Assembly: GCF_009914755.1 (NCBI RefSeq)
Contig: NC_060929.1
Strand: one strand, 5' to 3'
From: the human T2T-CHM13v2.0 reference genome, Homo sapiens
DNA: 64,000 bases
Shown: in pieces, positions 28,976 through 41,923 of the stretch
Position numbering within the stretch: position 1 is the first letter of the stretch
Layout: every line of letters starts with the position of its first letter
Program-made: the position numbers and the translations under genes
The notes under the pieces: model-generated
Told to the model about the DNA's origin: nothing
Seen by the model: only the letters and a program-made list of their open reading frames with translations
Database searches by the model: none

Positions 28976-30579
28976 CTGTGTGGGTGAATCTGCCTCAGTC
29001 ATTGACGCAGTTCTGTGTTCTGTGCTCTGCTCAGACTCAACGGGACTCGTAGGATGCAGGGACGCAGAGCTCTAGGTGTGCTGGTTTGTTCCAGTTGGGT
29101 CTGAAAATCTTTATCTTCCAAGACCTTTTCTTAGTTAATAACATGCAGACGGCTGACGGCAGCCCCCCAGGATCCTCACGCTGCAGCTGAGCCTCTCCAC
29201 CTGTGTGGGCAGCAAGGTTTCTCCCTCTCATCGCCCCCGTGCCCGCCATGCTCAGGGATGCGGCCTGTGCGCCCCGTCACGGCTTCAGACCTGCTCAGAG
29301 GAAAACGAGCTCACTCTGCTCTGGGTCCTTGGATGTGTTTTCTTCTGCCTCCTGGACTCGGTTCATTTCCCCATGGCGTCTTTATAATTTGCGTCCCTTC
29401 AGCAAATGTTTGCTTGAGCGGTGTTAGTTTCTGCATGAGGCACAGACGTACCCTCTGAATGCAGGCAGCACACGGGAAGCAGACCCTCGAGGGGGACGAA
29501 TGTCAGAGGAGATGCGCAGGCAATTTGTGAGCGTGGAGTCGCCAGGAAGGAGAGATGCGGCCGGACTGGATGCCACATTCCACCACCCAGGCCGGCTCAC
29601 CTCTGCGCGGCCGCGTTCCAAATCATTGTTCACACAGAATTTGGCTGCAGCGGGTGTCCTTGAGTCTCTCACACTTGAGTAATCATCCAGGTCTCCTCCT
29701 CCGGCTTCCTTTGAGGCCCTGGCCCCCCAGGGGCTCCGGCGTGTGTCCCCAGCAGACACTGCCTGGCCTGCCTGGCTCAGCCTTGCATCTACCCCCAGGG
29801 TGTGTTTGCCCCTCCTCCACGAGATGCGCTCTTGTCCTCCCTCTCCTCCCCTCCAGGGACCCTCCAGAGGCTCGTTCACTGCCTGGAGACACAGCGACAG
29901 CCCTCGCCACTAGCTGGAGGCTGGTGCTGGTGTGGGGCCTCAGACCCCTAGAAACACCGGGAAGTCAGGTGGAGCTGCGGGAGCTGAGACCTGGAGCAGG
30001 TGGCTGGCCGAGCCGGCACTGCCCTCACTTGGCATGGACCAGTCTTACTGTGCCTTGGAGCACCCCCCGCAGAGCAAGGGTGGTGAGTCCCTTGGCTACA
30101 GGGCTGGGCACGCTCTAGGTGGTTGACACGTGTGTGCACCAGGTGTGCAGTGGGCAGGCACCATCACACTTGCCGCTATTCACCGGCGGGCATTCCCACC
30201 TGCCAGTGGGGGTGGCTCTGGCTGGGGTCACCTCTGTGCCTGCCCCACAGCCCTTCCACTCTGCCTCCATAGAAACAGCTGGAGATGGACGGAATTGCTC
30301 TCTCAGGCAGCTGTTCAGTCAATCTTAGCTCACGCTGGATCCCAGATCTGTCCCTCCCCAGGAGCGCTCAGCTCTCCACTCTGCCCCATCCTGCAGCTTC
30401 GGCTTTGACTCAGACAGGCCGGGAGATCCCTGGTATTTCTGGTCAGATGCCTGCCGTGGGGAGAAGAAGAAAACTCTGGAGCTGGCTAGGCCCAGGTCCT
30501 CACCAGGCTTGGGCAAGGTCTCCTGGACATCGACGGGCCTCACTTTCCCCATTCGGCTGTGGTGATGCACGCTGTGAAA

Positions 30580-30960
30580 GGCTCTGAGCTGGACCAGGGT
30601 CTCAGTTTCCCCTATGTGGTTGGGGCACATGTTGTGAGCAGCTCTGAGCTTGACCAGGGCCTCAGTTTCCCCTATGTGGTTGGGGCACATGTTGTGAGCA
30701 GCTCTGAGCTGGACCAGGGCCTCAGTTTCCCCTATGTGATTGGGGCACATGTTGTGAGCAGCTCTGAGCTGGACCAGGGCCTCAGTTTCCCCTATGTGGT
30801 TGGGGCACATGTTGTGAGCAGCTCTGAGCTCGACCAGGGCCTCAGTTTCCCCTATGTGATTGGGGCACATGTTGTGAGCAGCTCTGAGCTGGACCAGGGC
30901 CTCAGTTTCCCCACGTGGCTTTGGCACACGCTGTGAGTGGCTCTGAGCTGGACCAGGGCC
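30580..30960. repeat. 60-bp VNTR, about 6 copies
   Basis: Successive 60-nt lines 30601-30900 are almost identical; contains MIR-like CCTCAGTTTCCCC. Confidence 0.95.
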
Positions 30961-33900
30961 TTTCCCATGCCATGTACCTCAGTGCGTCCCTGAAACTGTC
31001 AGAGTGACCTGAGTGACCTGTGTCAGGCGGTGACCGCCCAGCCCTTGCACCTCAGACCTCCTGGATGGAGAGGACACTCAGCTCACAGGGCAGTCTGACG
31101 AGAAGCCTCTGGAGCTGTGGAATGGCTCAGGCTGCCGGACTGGGGGCCAGGTCCCCTTCGGCCTGAAAACAGCCGCCATCTCAGCTGGCCGGGAGCCCCG
31201 CCTTGCCTGGAGTTCAGTGGTATCAGGCCAGGCTCAGAGCAAACACGGCCTGAAAGCCGTGACAACGGGCTGCCGTGCTGGGCTTTGTCTGAGCTGACGC
31301 TCGGGGACTTAGGGAGGCTCTCGAGTTCAGAGCCAGGGCCCCTCCTGGCACAGCTCAAAGTGCATCGTGCTCCCGGAGGCCCCCATTCATGGGCTGAGCA
31401 AAGGGCTCGGGGGTTGGCGAATTTGCCCCCATCCGTGGGGGCGAACACAGCTCTGTTGGCGCACTCACTGCCGACAGCATTTCTTCTCAAAAGAATCCAA
31501 GAGATTTCTCCAAAGAACAGCAGCTTTGTTCATGGGAATAAGTTCAGAACTCCTACTGGTGTGCTCTGAAAACTGGTCATTCATGTTCTCATGCATTTGC
31601 CGTTATAGCCACATTCTTGAGTGTGAGCAAAGGCTGGGCTTGCTGTCCCTCCAGACATTTGGGGAATTGGGGGCCACGCTGAGCCCAGGGGTGAAGCAGA
31701 GCCCAGTGGTGCTGGGGACCCACTGCAGGGGCAGGCCCATGCCTTCAGCTGGGTTGGATCACAGCCTGGCCCCCTCCTGACGCAGCCTCAAAGAGCCTGA
31801 GAGGTGGGCACCTGTGGCGGCAGGAGGAGGGCCGGTTGCTGCCTCCGGATGTGCGGGGCACTCAGCTCCTCTCACGTCTGTGGAACCTCCACCTGTTTTG
31901 CTTTGAACGTGGAGCCGCCTAGACTGGCAGGGCTCGGAGCAGCCAGAATTGGCCCCGGTCACCCTGGAGGCCCAGAGCCATCGGGTGGGGGAAGGGCTGG
32001 TTTGTCACAGCCGTCTCGGCCTGTGTGGAGCTCTCCCTGCCTGGGGAGGCTGCGTGGCCTCGCTCAGGGTTCTGTTCACACTGCTGGGCGGGGGCCAAGG
32101 TCGTTCACAGGCAGAATCTCTGACCCGAGTCTCAGCACCAAGACCCCTGTGGTCACCCCTTCACCAACGCACAAACAGTGGACCCAGGGCCCTGGGGTTG
32201 GTGATCTTGTGGCCAGGGGGTTCTGACCTCCTCAGGGTCGCCAGGCCCAAGCCCCCTCCTGGCTCTGTCCGCCTAGAAGGAAGAGGCATTGCCTAAACCT
32301 GGAGACAGTGCTGGATGCCCAGGTGCACTGCTGCTGAGAGTGGAAAGTTCCCACAGAGAGGAACGCCTGCAGCCGGTGGGGAAGCGGAATTCCTAGGCAG
32401 AGCGCAGCGCTCATTTGCACACATTAGCCTTTCAGATCTGGACACCGCTCATGCCAGACCCAGTCGGCACAGAACAGCTGCTGGGGCAGGACTCCGTGTC
32501 CCTGAGCTCAGAGTCAAGGGCCTGGCACTCGGGGTCCCCCCCGGCTCCCTCCTGTCCCGAAGTCTCTTCCTTCACAGTCCCTGGACCCCACCGGCAGGTC
32601 CACAGGGAGGTGCAGGGCCGTCGTCACCTCATCACTCCCGACTTCACGGAGTGTCTGCACCTGACGCTGAGCCGCGGCCTTCCCTGTCTCTGACCTAACC
32701 CTTCCGCGAGTGCCAGCAATCGGGAAGAGCAGTTGTTCACGGAGCCGCTTGGGAACTCACCCCACCTGTGCCGACCCCAGCACAAACCTCAACCTCCTGC
32801 AGGCGGGGCTGGCTCAGCACAGGGTAGGGGGTGACTTGCCAGAGCCCGGGCAGGATTTGTCTCCCAGCCCGGTGCACCACGGCCCCATCCAGGATTCGTC
32901 TCCCAGCCCGGTGGACCACGGCCCCATCCAGCCTGTCCTGGCCACTGCTCTGTGACCTCCCAGCCCTGGGGCCCTGCAGAGGCACTTGGGCGCAGACAGG
33001 GCAGGCCTGAGACGGCACCTGGAGGGAGGCTGGCTGCTGGGACACTGCTGGGGACCAGTGCTCTCCTCCCTGTCCGAGCGGGGCCAGGTGTCCCCTTCAG
33101 GCCTGGCCTCTGACCCTGGCCTGTGACCCTGTAGCTCACGCACGAGGACATCCTGAGTTGACCCAACCTGCCCGAGTCCAGCTGCTTGTCCAGACTCCTG
33201 CGAGAAAACCCAGAGCGGAAGTGAGGACTCAGGTCAGCACCCCCATAGGAAGGGGGACCCGGGGTGGACGCGGAGCTGAGGGAATGGCATTCCTCAGCAG
33301 TGCTGTGGGTGGTGCAGCCCCCTCCGCATCCCCCTGGGACCTAGCAGGACCCCACATGCTCACTTCCGGCCCCCAGCTGTCCCTGGCTCCAGCCCTGGCA
33401 GGGCCCCTGTCTTCTTGGGGTGTGTGTTGGATTTTAGGTGTGCGGAGGCCACAGATGGTAGTAAGCTGGGCCCTGAGGATGGCTTGGGAGATGTGCAGTG
33501 GGGCGGGGCCCTTGTCTTCAAGCCACATCTCCCTGTGGGAGGGCCCTGAACCAGCCACCAGCAAGGCCGTGTGGACAGCTGGGACCACCAGGCTGGACCC
33601 CAGCAGAGCGCTGGTTTCAGCCGCCTCCTGCCCCCGGCCCCTGCCTTCTGGGACCCTCACCTCACCCTTGCCCCCGCCTCCCCAGGGGCAGGACCCCTCC
33701 TCCCAGTTGAGAACCTAGAGGCCTCCCCGTTGGGGGTCGTTGTGGGGAACCCAGAGGCCAGTGAGCCTGAGGCCTCCTGTCCCTTTGCAGTCGGACATCA
33801 TTGCGGGCCGCTGGCACGCGCCCTGCAGCCGGCGCTCGGTCCCGTGGGTGTCTGTGCTCCCCTGTGGGCAACGTGACCCTGGCAGCGCCCAGCAGTGCTC

Positions 33901-34261
33901 AGTCTGCCGTGTGCACACAGAGCCCCGTGCTGCCCGCTCGCCGTGCTTGGGGGGCTTGTGTGAGAGGTGTGGACTGTGGGGCCTGAAATGTGCTCCGGGG
34001 GCACCTGCGGCCAAGGCCCCCTTCCGAGGTCCCGCTGCCCCTCCCAGACTGCACCGTCCCGGATGCCATCGCTGGGGCCCCACCCCGCCCACCCCACCAA
34101 GACCTTGCAGGACCGAGCCCGCAGCCCCTTCATGTGCTACCCCCCGCCCACCCCACAGAGACCTTGTAGGATGGGGCCCATAGCCCCCCAACGTGCTCCC
34201 CCAGGCACAGGCTGTCCTGGGGTCAATCGGGCTGTGAGGGAGACTTGTCTTGTGATGGACG

Positions 34262-34304
34262 TGAACCCTAACTTCCTCCCAGAAAAGGAAGCCACCAGGT
34301 TCAT
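34262..34304 (-). ncRNA. MIR4456: miR-4456 precursor hairpin (annotated miRNA, weak as a canonical miRNA)
   Basis: Minus strand ATGAACCTGGTGGCTTCCTTTTCTGGGAGGAAGTTAGGGTTCA folds via TGAACC/GGTTCA and CTTCCT/AGGAAG. It matches my recollection of hsa-mir-4456 and its position about 11.5 kb upstream of SLC9A3. Confidence 0.8.
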
Positions 34305-34777
34305 GGGATGTAATACGGAGCAAGAGTCAGGATGCTGGAGTGCTCTGAGTCACCGTTGGGTGGCCACTCCCCACCCGCAGCCCACCTGGGCAGGGCGAGC
34401 CAGGGACGCAGGCGACAGCTTTGGGTGGAAGACAATATGCAAATCAGGACATTTTTCCTCGTGGTTCAGAAGTGCTTCCTTGACAGGGCTTCAGCCAAGC
34501 CCCAGGCAGACGCCAGAGCCGCAGATGCAGAGGCCCAAACAGCCTTTGCTTGCCAGGAAATGCCCCCTGGATGTTTAGATTTCGGGAATAATATTTTCAA
34601 AAATCAATCTCTCATGCGTCTGTTGTTTCGGCTGTGACAACAAGGGTGTTTTCCTTGGATGTGTGCACAGGGCCCCCAGCTCCCTGCAGCAGAGTAAGCC
34701 CTCGGCAGAGACAAAGTGGACTCTGTCACAGCCCTAACAAGCCGACCACCTGCTGGCTCGCCACTTCCTAGCCGGGC

Positions 34778-35640
34778 CTTTCTCCCTGAGTGTTGTGTGT
34801 TAGTGATTCTGTGACTCTGCCTTTCTCCCTGAGCGTTGTGCGTTAGTGATTCTGTGAGTCTGGCTTTTCTCCCTGTCCGTTGTGTATTAGTGATTCTGTG
34901 ACTCTGCCTTTCTCCCTGAGCGTTGTGCGTTAGTGATTCTGTGAGTCTGGCCTTTCTCCCTGAACGTTGTGTGTTAGTGATTCTGTGACTCTGCCTTTCT
35001 CCCTGAGCGTTGTGTGTTAGTGATTCGGTGAGTCTGACTTTCTCCCTGAACGTTGTGTGTTAGTGATTCTGTGACTCTTTCTCCCTGAGCGTTGTGCGTT
35101 AGTGATTCTGTGAGTCTGGCCTTTCTCCCTGAGCGTTGTGTGTCAGTGATTCTGTGACTCTGACTTTCTCCCTGAGCGTTGTGTGTTGGTGATTCGGTGA
35201 GTCTGACTTTCTCCCTGAGCGTTGTGTGTTAGTGATTCTGTGAGTCTGACTTTCTCCCTGAGCGTTGTGTGTTAGTGATTCTGTGACTCTGCCTTTCTCC
35301 CTGAGCATTGTGACTTAGTGATTCTATGAGTCTGGCTTTTCTCCCTGAGCGTTGTGCATTAGCGATTCTGTGACTCTGGCTTTTCTCCCTGAGCGTTGTG
35401 TGTTGGTGATTCGGTGAGTCTGACTTTCTCCCTGAGCGTTGTGTGTTAGTGATTCTGTGAGTCTGACTTTCTCCCTGAGCGTTGTGTGTTAGTGATTCTG
35501 TGACTCTGCCTTTCTCCCTGAGCATTGTGACTTAGTGATTCTATGAGTCTGGCTTTTCTCCCTGAGCGTTGTGCATTAGCGATTCTGTGACTCTGGCTTT
35601 TCTCCCTGAGCGTTGTGTGTTAGCGATTCTGTGAGTCTGA
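34778..35640. repeat. 43-44-bp VNTR (CTTTCTCCCTGAGCGTTGTGTGTTAGTGATTCTGTGACTCTG), about 20 copies
   Basis: Direct inspection; alternating GACTC/GAGTC variants. Confidence 0.95.
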
Positions 35641-36449
35641 CGCTGCACAGGTGGGCGATGCTTTGCTCCGGCCGGCTCACCTCCCCGATGAAAGCCCGCT
35701 CAACGGCATCTGCAGGGCACTGCCCACCCCACCGCGGGGCTGAGACACCTTCCCTAGCACGGCCTCGCGTCTACAGAAAGCCGCTGAGAAGGCAGGTGGG
35801 GTCCGGCGCTGCCCACCGTTCTCCAGCCGTGCTGGCCACCACTGGGCTCCCAGACCAAGGCCCATGGACTGTCCCCCATGCCTGTCTACCGTGAATACAC
35901 TCATTGCTCAGTCTCTAACTTCCCTATTTAGAGACTGAGTATTATACACTCAGAAAAATAACAACAGCTCACGGCTGCTGGCCCCTTGCGGGTCCCTACC
36001 CGGGTTTCATCTGATACCTGTGGGAACCTGGTGCGGCCAGCCTGGCATTCACCTCCACTCCTAATCCCATTTTAAAACAAGGAAGCGGAAGGCTTCAGTG
36101 GCCGGCCATGGGTCACGCAGTCACAGAGCCAGGCCCCGCTCCCTGCCAGGCCCCACTCTGCTGGCCTCGCTGTGGACGTTCTCACCGAGTGGCAGCCGTG
36201 TCTGCATTGGCCCGAGGGCCTGGGGGAATCCCGTTCCCACACTGGTTGGCTGTGCTGCCTCTAGGGAGTCACTTGGCCTCTCTGTGCCCAGCGTTCTCAT
36301 CTGTCAGGTGGGGGTCACACCATGCCAGCCCACTGCTGCCGGGGAGGTCCCTGGCCCAGGGCCAGTGAGTGTGGGCACAGCTGCCCTGCACAGGAGAAGG
36401 CGGCTCTGCGTGGATGGAAGTCGTGATGGTCACAGTTGAGCCACTGCCC

Positions 36450-36658
36450 AGGCGTGAGGTCAACACAGAGCTGAGCCAGAAGGAATCCACTCAGCCCACG
36501 AGCTCAGGGTTGGTTGGTGGGCCAGTGGGAGGCTGGTGATTTGAGAGGAGAATAAGGCGTGAGGTCAACACAGAGCTGAGCCAGAAGGAATCCACCTAGC
36601 CCACGAGCTCAGGGTTGGTTGGTGGGCCCGTGGAAGGCTGGTGATTTGAGAGGAGAAG
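36450..36658. repeat. 105-bp tandem duplication
   Basis: AGGCGTGAGGTCAACACAGAGCTGAGCCAGAAGGAATCCAC at 36450 and 36555. Confidence 0.92.
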
Positions 36659-39600
36659 AAGGTCACGGATGCTGACGTTCCATCAGTTCACTGATTGACC
36701 CACGGCCCCGGGTCGCAGGCGTTCCGCTAGTGGCCAGCGCATCATCAGCCACGTTCTTGGCGTGCCGCTCCTGCGGGTCTCACCCCCTTCACAGGGAAGC
36801 CCCCAGATTCTCCTCCAAAGCCTGGAGTCACCGACGGCAGAAGCAGGGCTGAAAGGGCACCTGGATGGCCAGGTGGGCAGGCGGCTGTCGGGATGGGGGA
36901 CCCCGGAACCCCACTGGCCTTGGGCAGCCATCTTGGGGGTTTCAGGAGATGCACAGAGGACAGCGGCTGGGGATGCTCAGCTCTGTCCCATCACCTGTGC
37001 CTGCCTGACGATGCCGCCTCAGCCGCCCAGGGCTCCCTCAGGGAAAACGTCGCCAAGCACCGACGGCTCAAGGGAGTAACCGCGCCTCTGGGAGATGGCG
37101 TCCCTGACTTGGCTGTGGCACCAGGCTGGCCAGGGGACTGTTGGAACATTTGCGGAGGAGCACAGTTGCCATTTCCTTCATGCCACACCTGCCCCAGCTT
37201 GTGTCTGTGTGTGATGGCACGGTTTGGGCTGGCAGGAGGGGCACGGGTGCTTGGGTGTTCGCTCCAGGGTCTTCCCAAGACCCTGCTAGCACAGGCCTGG
37301 CAGCAGTCAGCCAGAGAGAGTCAAGGAAGCAGCCGGCACAGGACCAGCATCTGGCCTGCACTTGTGCCTCCTAAGCCCAGCCCCACATGCGTCTCCCAGC
37401 CAGCCTGGAGCTCAGGAGACACAGGCAACAGGCGAGGAGTCCCAACTACACGCACGACGAGGTGTCCTCGGTGGGACCAGGTGATTGAAATAAAGCGTGG
37501 TGGCATGTGTGCGTGTGTGTGCATGTGTGTGTCCTCGGAAGGGACACCAGCTCTGTGTGTCTGCAGCTCTAGAGCAGGGACCTCGGCCGGGAGCCTGGCA
37601 CCTGTCCCGTGGGCTCGCTGGGACAAGCGCTATGCCCACACAAAGCTTTCCCTCTTCTTCCTGCGTCAGCTCGCCTGGGAGGGGCTGTGCACAGAAGAGC
37701 TGGCCTCGGGGCTCTGTCTGCTGCCTCGGCAACTGCAGCTCAGGACTCCTGGCTTTGGAGAAGTCGTTGCATGGATCGGGGACCAGAGGCCAGAGGGCCG
37801 GGCTGGGAAGAGGAGCTCTCCGGCTGGCAGCTTCTCCGGAAATGAAATCCTCTGCACCCTGGAAGGCAGACTCGCACCCCTGGTGCCCCTACCTACCTGC
37901 TGGCCACACGTGGACGGCCGCATCTGGCCTCTCAGATGGGCTGGGAGGTGAGCCCAGTGATGATGCCTCCACCCTCTCTGGCTGTAGTAACCAGCCTGTA
38001 GGAAGGGAGCTGCCCACGCCTGGGAACTGCCTTACTTTGCCTGTCCCTGGCCCCCTGACCTTGCCTCCCGGTGCTGTCTGTGAGCCAAGAAAGAAAAGCT
38101 GCCATGTCGGGGGTGCTGGCCCTGAGGTTGCTGTGCGCATGAGCCCCCCACAGCTGGACTCTGCGCCAAACATCAATAGAAAACGGCGACAGTAACGTGA
38201 CCCCCGGCAGAGCTGTCACTGAGGCGGCAGCCAAAGCCCGGTCCCAAAGCTCCTCCTCAAATGGGGTGGGTGCAGGCATCAGGGCTGCACCGGGGCCAGG
38301 GCACCGGGGCTCCCTGCAGCGGGTCCTGGGTGTGCGGCCGAGGTGTGTCTGCTGTGCCCCCCAGCCCCTCCCCACCCGTGACCTTGGCATCGATCACAAA
38401 AGGGAAGGCTCTTATCAATCAGTGCTTTGCTGTCCTTCTCATTCAATCTTTATCAAGCGACAGCTCCGCACTGGGCGACACCGTGGGGTGTGTAATTATT
38501 CATTAACTGGTGCTAATTAATGTTTATGTAGACATTCATTGTGTTGTGTGCCACGCACTGCCAACAGCCACCCAGAGGCTTCCATTCAAGAGGGCTGTCC
38601 CAGTTGTGTCGGCAGCTGCCTCTGCAGACCCCCTGCCTCCCTGGCGGGCCAGGCTCCCCCTCTGGGCCCCTCACCCGCTCTGGGGAGCTGCCCGGATGCC
38701 CCCTCAGCACCCACCCTGAGAGCACGGGGGCACTCCCTTCCCCTGAATCAGCTCGCGATCTCCACGCCAAGCCCTGGCCTCCCCTCCCATCTCCACGGCC
38801 CTGCCTCAGCCTCAGCTCTGTGCCCCTCCCCTGTGTCCCCGGCTCCTCTCCTGTGTAGCCCGCCCCTACTCCCTCCATCCAGAGAGGTCCAGCCTGGATG
38901 CCCACGCCTCCCATCTTCTCACTGATCTGTCCCCACGACACAGCTCCGCCAGGGTCACCGAGGCCTCTGTGCTGCCTCATGGCAGGGCTGGAGCTGGGAT
39001 GGCCTCTCTGGATTTTGGGCCTGTGGCTCTCGCCCTCTGCCTCCTTCCCAGCCCTTCGCCCTGGAGCGGGGCAGCCTTGTTTCTCCTGACTTTCTGGGCA
39101 TGGTCTCTCAGGCTTTGGGTCCTTCCTGACTCAGGGATCTCAGCTCGGAGCCACCTCCTCCAAGAAGGCTCCCGGCTGCACCCACTTCAGGCACCTTCTG
39201 TCCTAATGCCCGTCTCCCTCCTGGCCTGCTGCCCCGTCCTTCTCTCCAGGACGACTTTGAAGCCATCCCAGATGTGCTATGATTTCATCTCCAATAATAA
39301 TAATAAAAGCAACAATGTGTGCAGCTGAGGGGTCCTGATATGCATTGCGGGGCCTCACAGGGGCTTGGACCATGCTCGGCCTTGGACAGACACAGCCGGG
39401 AGGGAAGCATCCCGCTCCTGTTAACACACGTGACCCGCAGGCTCTGCAGGACATGCCGGCTCTTTTGCACAACCTCTTGGTGCAGCAGGGGGGTGTTGAG
39501 GGACCAGGAAGGGTTTGGTCCCCTCCTCCACCCCCTCTGCCTCCCTCCCCATCAAGTGGGCTGCCCGCCTCCTGGGTTGGGTCCTGGCTCCTCTGGAGGG

Positions 39601-40621
39601 GCTGCTGTGCCCACCGCCCTCCTTGCCATCTCTTCTGGCCTGGGGTTGGGGAGGGGGCTGGCAAGGGCGAGGCTTCTCATCCATCTTGCAGGGCTTGCCT
39701 GGGGCCACAGGGCTGCGCTGGCCTGGGGGGCTCTGTGCGCCTTGGGCTGGGGCGAGGCAGCTGCCCTCCGACCTCCAGGTCACTGAGGATGGGGTGCCGC
39801 CCTTCCCCCAGGGGCAGGTCACGTGGGGTGCCCCGGACAGGTCAAGGAAGGGGCTCTCATGCCTGGGGCTGGTTGGGGCCACCTGGGGGGGAAGGTGACA
39901 GTGCTCTTGTCCCCAACCCTGGGCTGCCTGGTAAGACCTGAGGGTCTGGGATGAGCTCAGGGCCTGCAGCCCTCTGATGTCTGCACAGACACAGCTCTGT
40001 GGGAAGCAGGTGCCCTGGTGAGACCCTTTCGCCTCTGGGCCCCTCCACCTTCCCCTGCTCCTCACAGATGCCCCCTGCCCATCACAGGGCCTGAGGCAGA
40101 GGCTTTGAGGGGGCGGGGCCTGGAGAGGGCCTGGGGCGGGGCATGGGGGAGATGGGCATGGTAAGCAGGTGGAGCCTCTTGAGGATGACACTGGGGTGGG
40201 GCTGGGGAGGGGCCGGGGCCCTAGGCTGACCCCGGGAGGGAGCATCACCCTCAGCTGCAGGCAAGGGACGGGGCTGCTGGTGAGAAGCTCAAGCACAGGC
40301 CCTCAGTGAGGCAGGGAGAAAATGGCACAACCGCGGTGCCTTCCTAGGACTCTGGCTGTGCTGTGGGAGTCGGTGCTGTCCACTCTGTTTGAAGCTCTCA
40401 GGTGGAAGGGGCAGGTGGGGCATCTGAGGCACCGACCTCAGCTCCCAGCCCTGAGCAGAGGACGAAGGAGCCCAAGGTCCGGGAGAAGCCCCTTTTCCCA
40501 TCTCTGGGGCATGGGAGGGGCCTGCACTGGCTGAGACCCAAGTTTCCAGCAGGTGAACATCGGTCCTGGTCCCACGTGCAGGGCAAGGACGACCCTGAAA
40601 AGCCCCTGAAAAGCTGGGGTG

Positions 40622-40720
40622 CCCACCGTGTCTCTGAAAGGCTGACGTTCCCACCGCATCTCTGAAAGGCTGACGTTCCCACCGCGTCTCTGAAAGCTGG
40701 CGTGCCCACCACATGACGTT
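40622..40720. repeat. ~28-bp tandem repeat x3
   Basis: CCCACCG..TCTCTGAAAGGCTGACGTT repeated. Confidence 0.8.
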
Positions 40721-41634
40721 CCCACTTCATCTTCTTAGGTGCTTTTCTTGAAAAGTTTTGTTTTTGTTTTTGTTTTTTTTTTCAGGTAACAAACTGTCAC
40801 CAAGGTCATGCCTAGGCCCTGTCTTGACAGCCCTCAGTGGCCCCGGTGTGTCCCCTGGGAGCACAGGCCCCATGGGTGGCCCGGCTCTGACCCCACGGGC
40901 CCTTCCTTCTGCCGAGGGCACTTCTCAGGCTTGGGTGCACAGGGCTTGGGTGTGTGGCTCCTGCCTGGGGCCCACTGAGCCCTGAGCTGCACCAGGCCTC
41001 GACCTCGGAGCTGAGGTCTGGGTCATCCTCCCAGGGAGGGTCTGGGAGACCTCAGGTCAGAGTATCCCACAGACCCCACAAGTGACATCCCAGCTCCTCA
41101 GGCCAAATCTCCTGGACCCCAGAAGGAGCAGCTGTATCAAGAGGAAGGCTTTGGTGACGCTGCTGCAGGGACAAGGACTGCTCCGTATGGCAGAGCCAGG
41201 TGCGAGGGGCTCGGGTGCGACGGGGAAGCTTTGGCAGCAGGAAGCAGAGGCGCGGGACAGCGGGAGGGAGGGTCTGGTGTTCTAGTGCTCGGTGGAGGAC
41301 CGCTGAACGTGCTTAGGCAGTGACATGAAAGCCATCAGGGCAGAGGGACAGGCAGAGGCCCCAGCATGCGAGAGGCAGGTGGGCGTGCGGGGTGCAGGGA
41401 CCTGCGGAGGACATGGAAAGGTGTCAGCTGAGGGCCCTGATGTGTCTGGGGTCACCTGCGGAGGAAGGTCCAGGGGAGGAGCCTGCTGCAGGCGGGTGGG
41501 GAGGGTCTCAGCACCACAGCAGCCGGGGCCAGGGCTGGGCTGCAGGGCCAGGTGGGTCCAGTGAGTGTGCTCAAGCCGCCTCGTGGAGGGGAACTGGCAG
41601 AGTGCTGAGCAGAAGCCAAGGTGCCGCCACTCGA

Positions 41635-41923
41635 GGGGCCGGATGCTGGGGTCCCAAGAATGGTAAAGTGGGGAAAGCCGCTGAGGGCCTGGATGCTGGG
41701 GTCCCAAGGATGGTAAAGTGGGGAAAGCCGCTGAGGGCCTGGATGCTGGGGTCCCAAGAATGGTAAAGTGGGGAAAGCCGCTGAGGGGCCGGATGCTGGG
41801 GTCCCAAGAATGGTAAAGTGGGGAAAGCTCTGAGGGGCTGGATGCTGGGGTCCCAAGGATGGTAAAGTGGGGAAAGCCGCTGAGGGCCGGATGCTGGGGT
41901 CCCAAGGATGGTAAAGTGGGGAA
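41635..41923. repeat. 50-bp VNTR, about 6 copies
   Basis: GGATGCTGGGGTCCCAAG at 41641, 41691, 41741, 41791 and onward. Confidence 0.93.

Noticed and set aside
30325-30936. 20-aa repeat proteins on both strands
   Set aside because: In-frame consequence of a 60-bp VNTR.
36893-37951. 352-aa ORF
   Set aside because: No recognisable domain; composition typical of GC-rich non-coding DNA, with overlapping ORFs on both strands.
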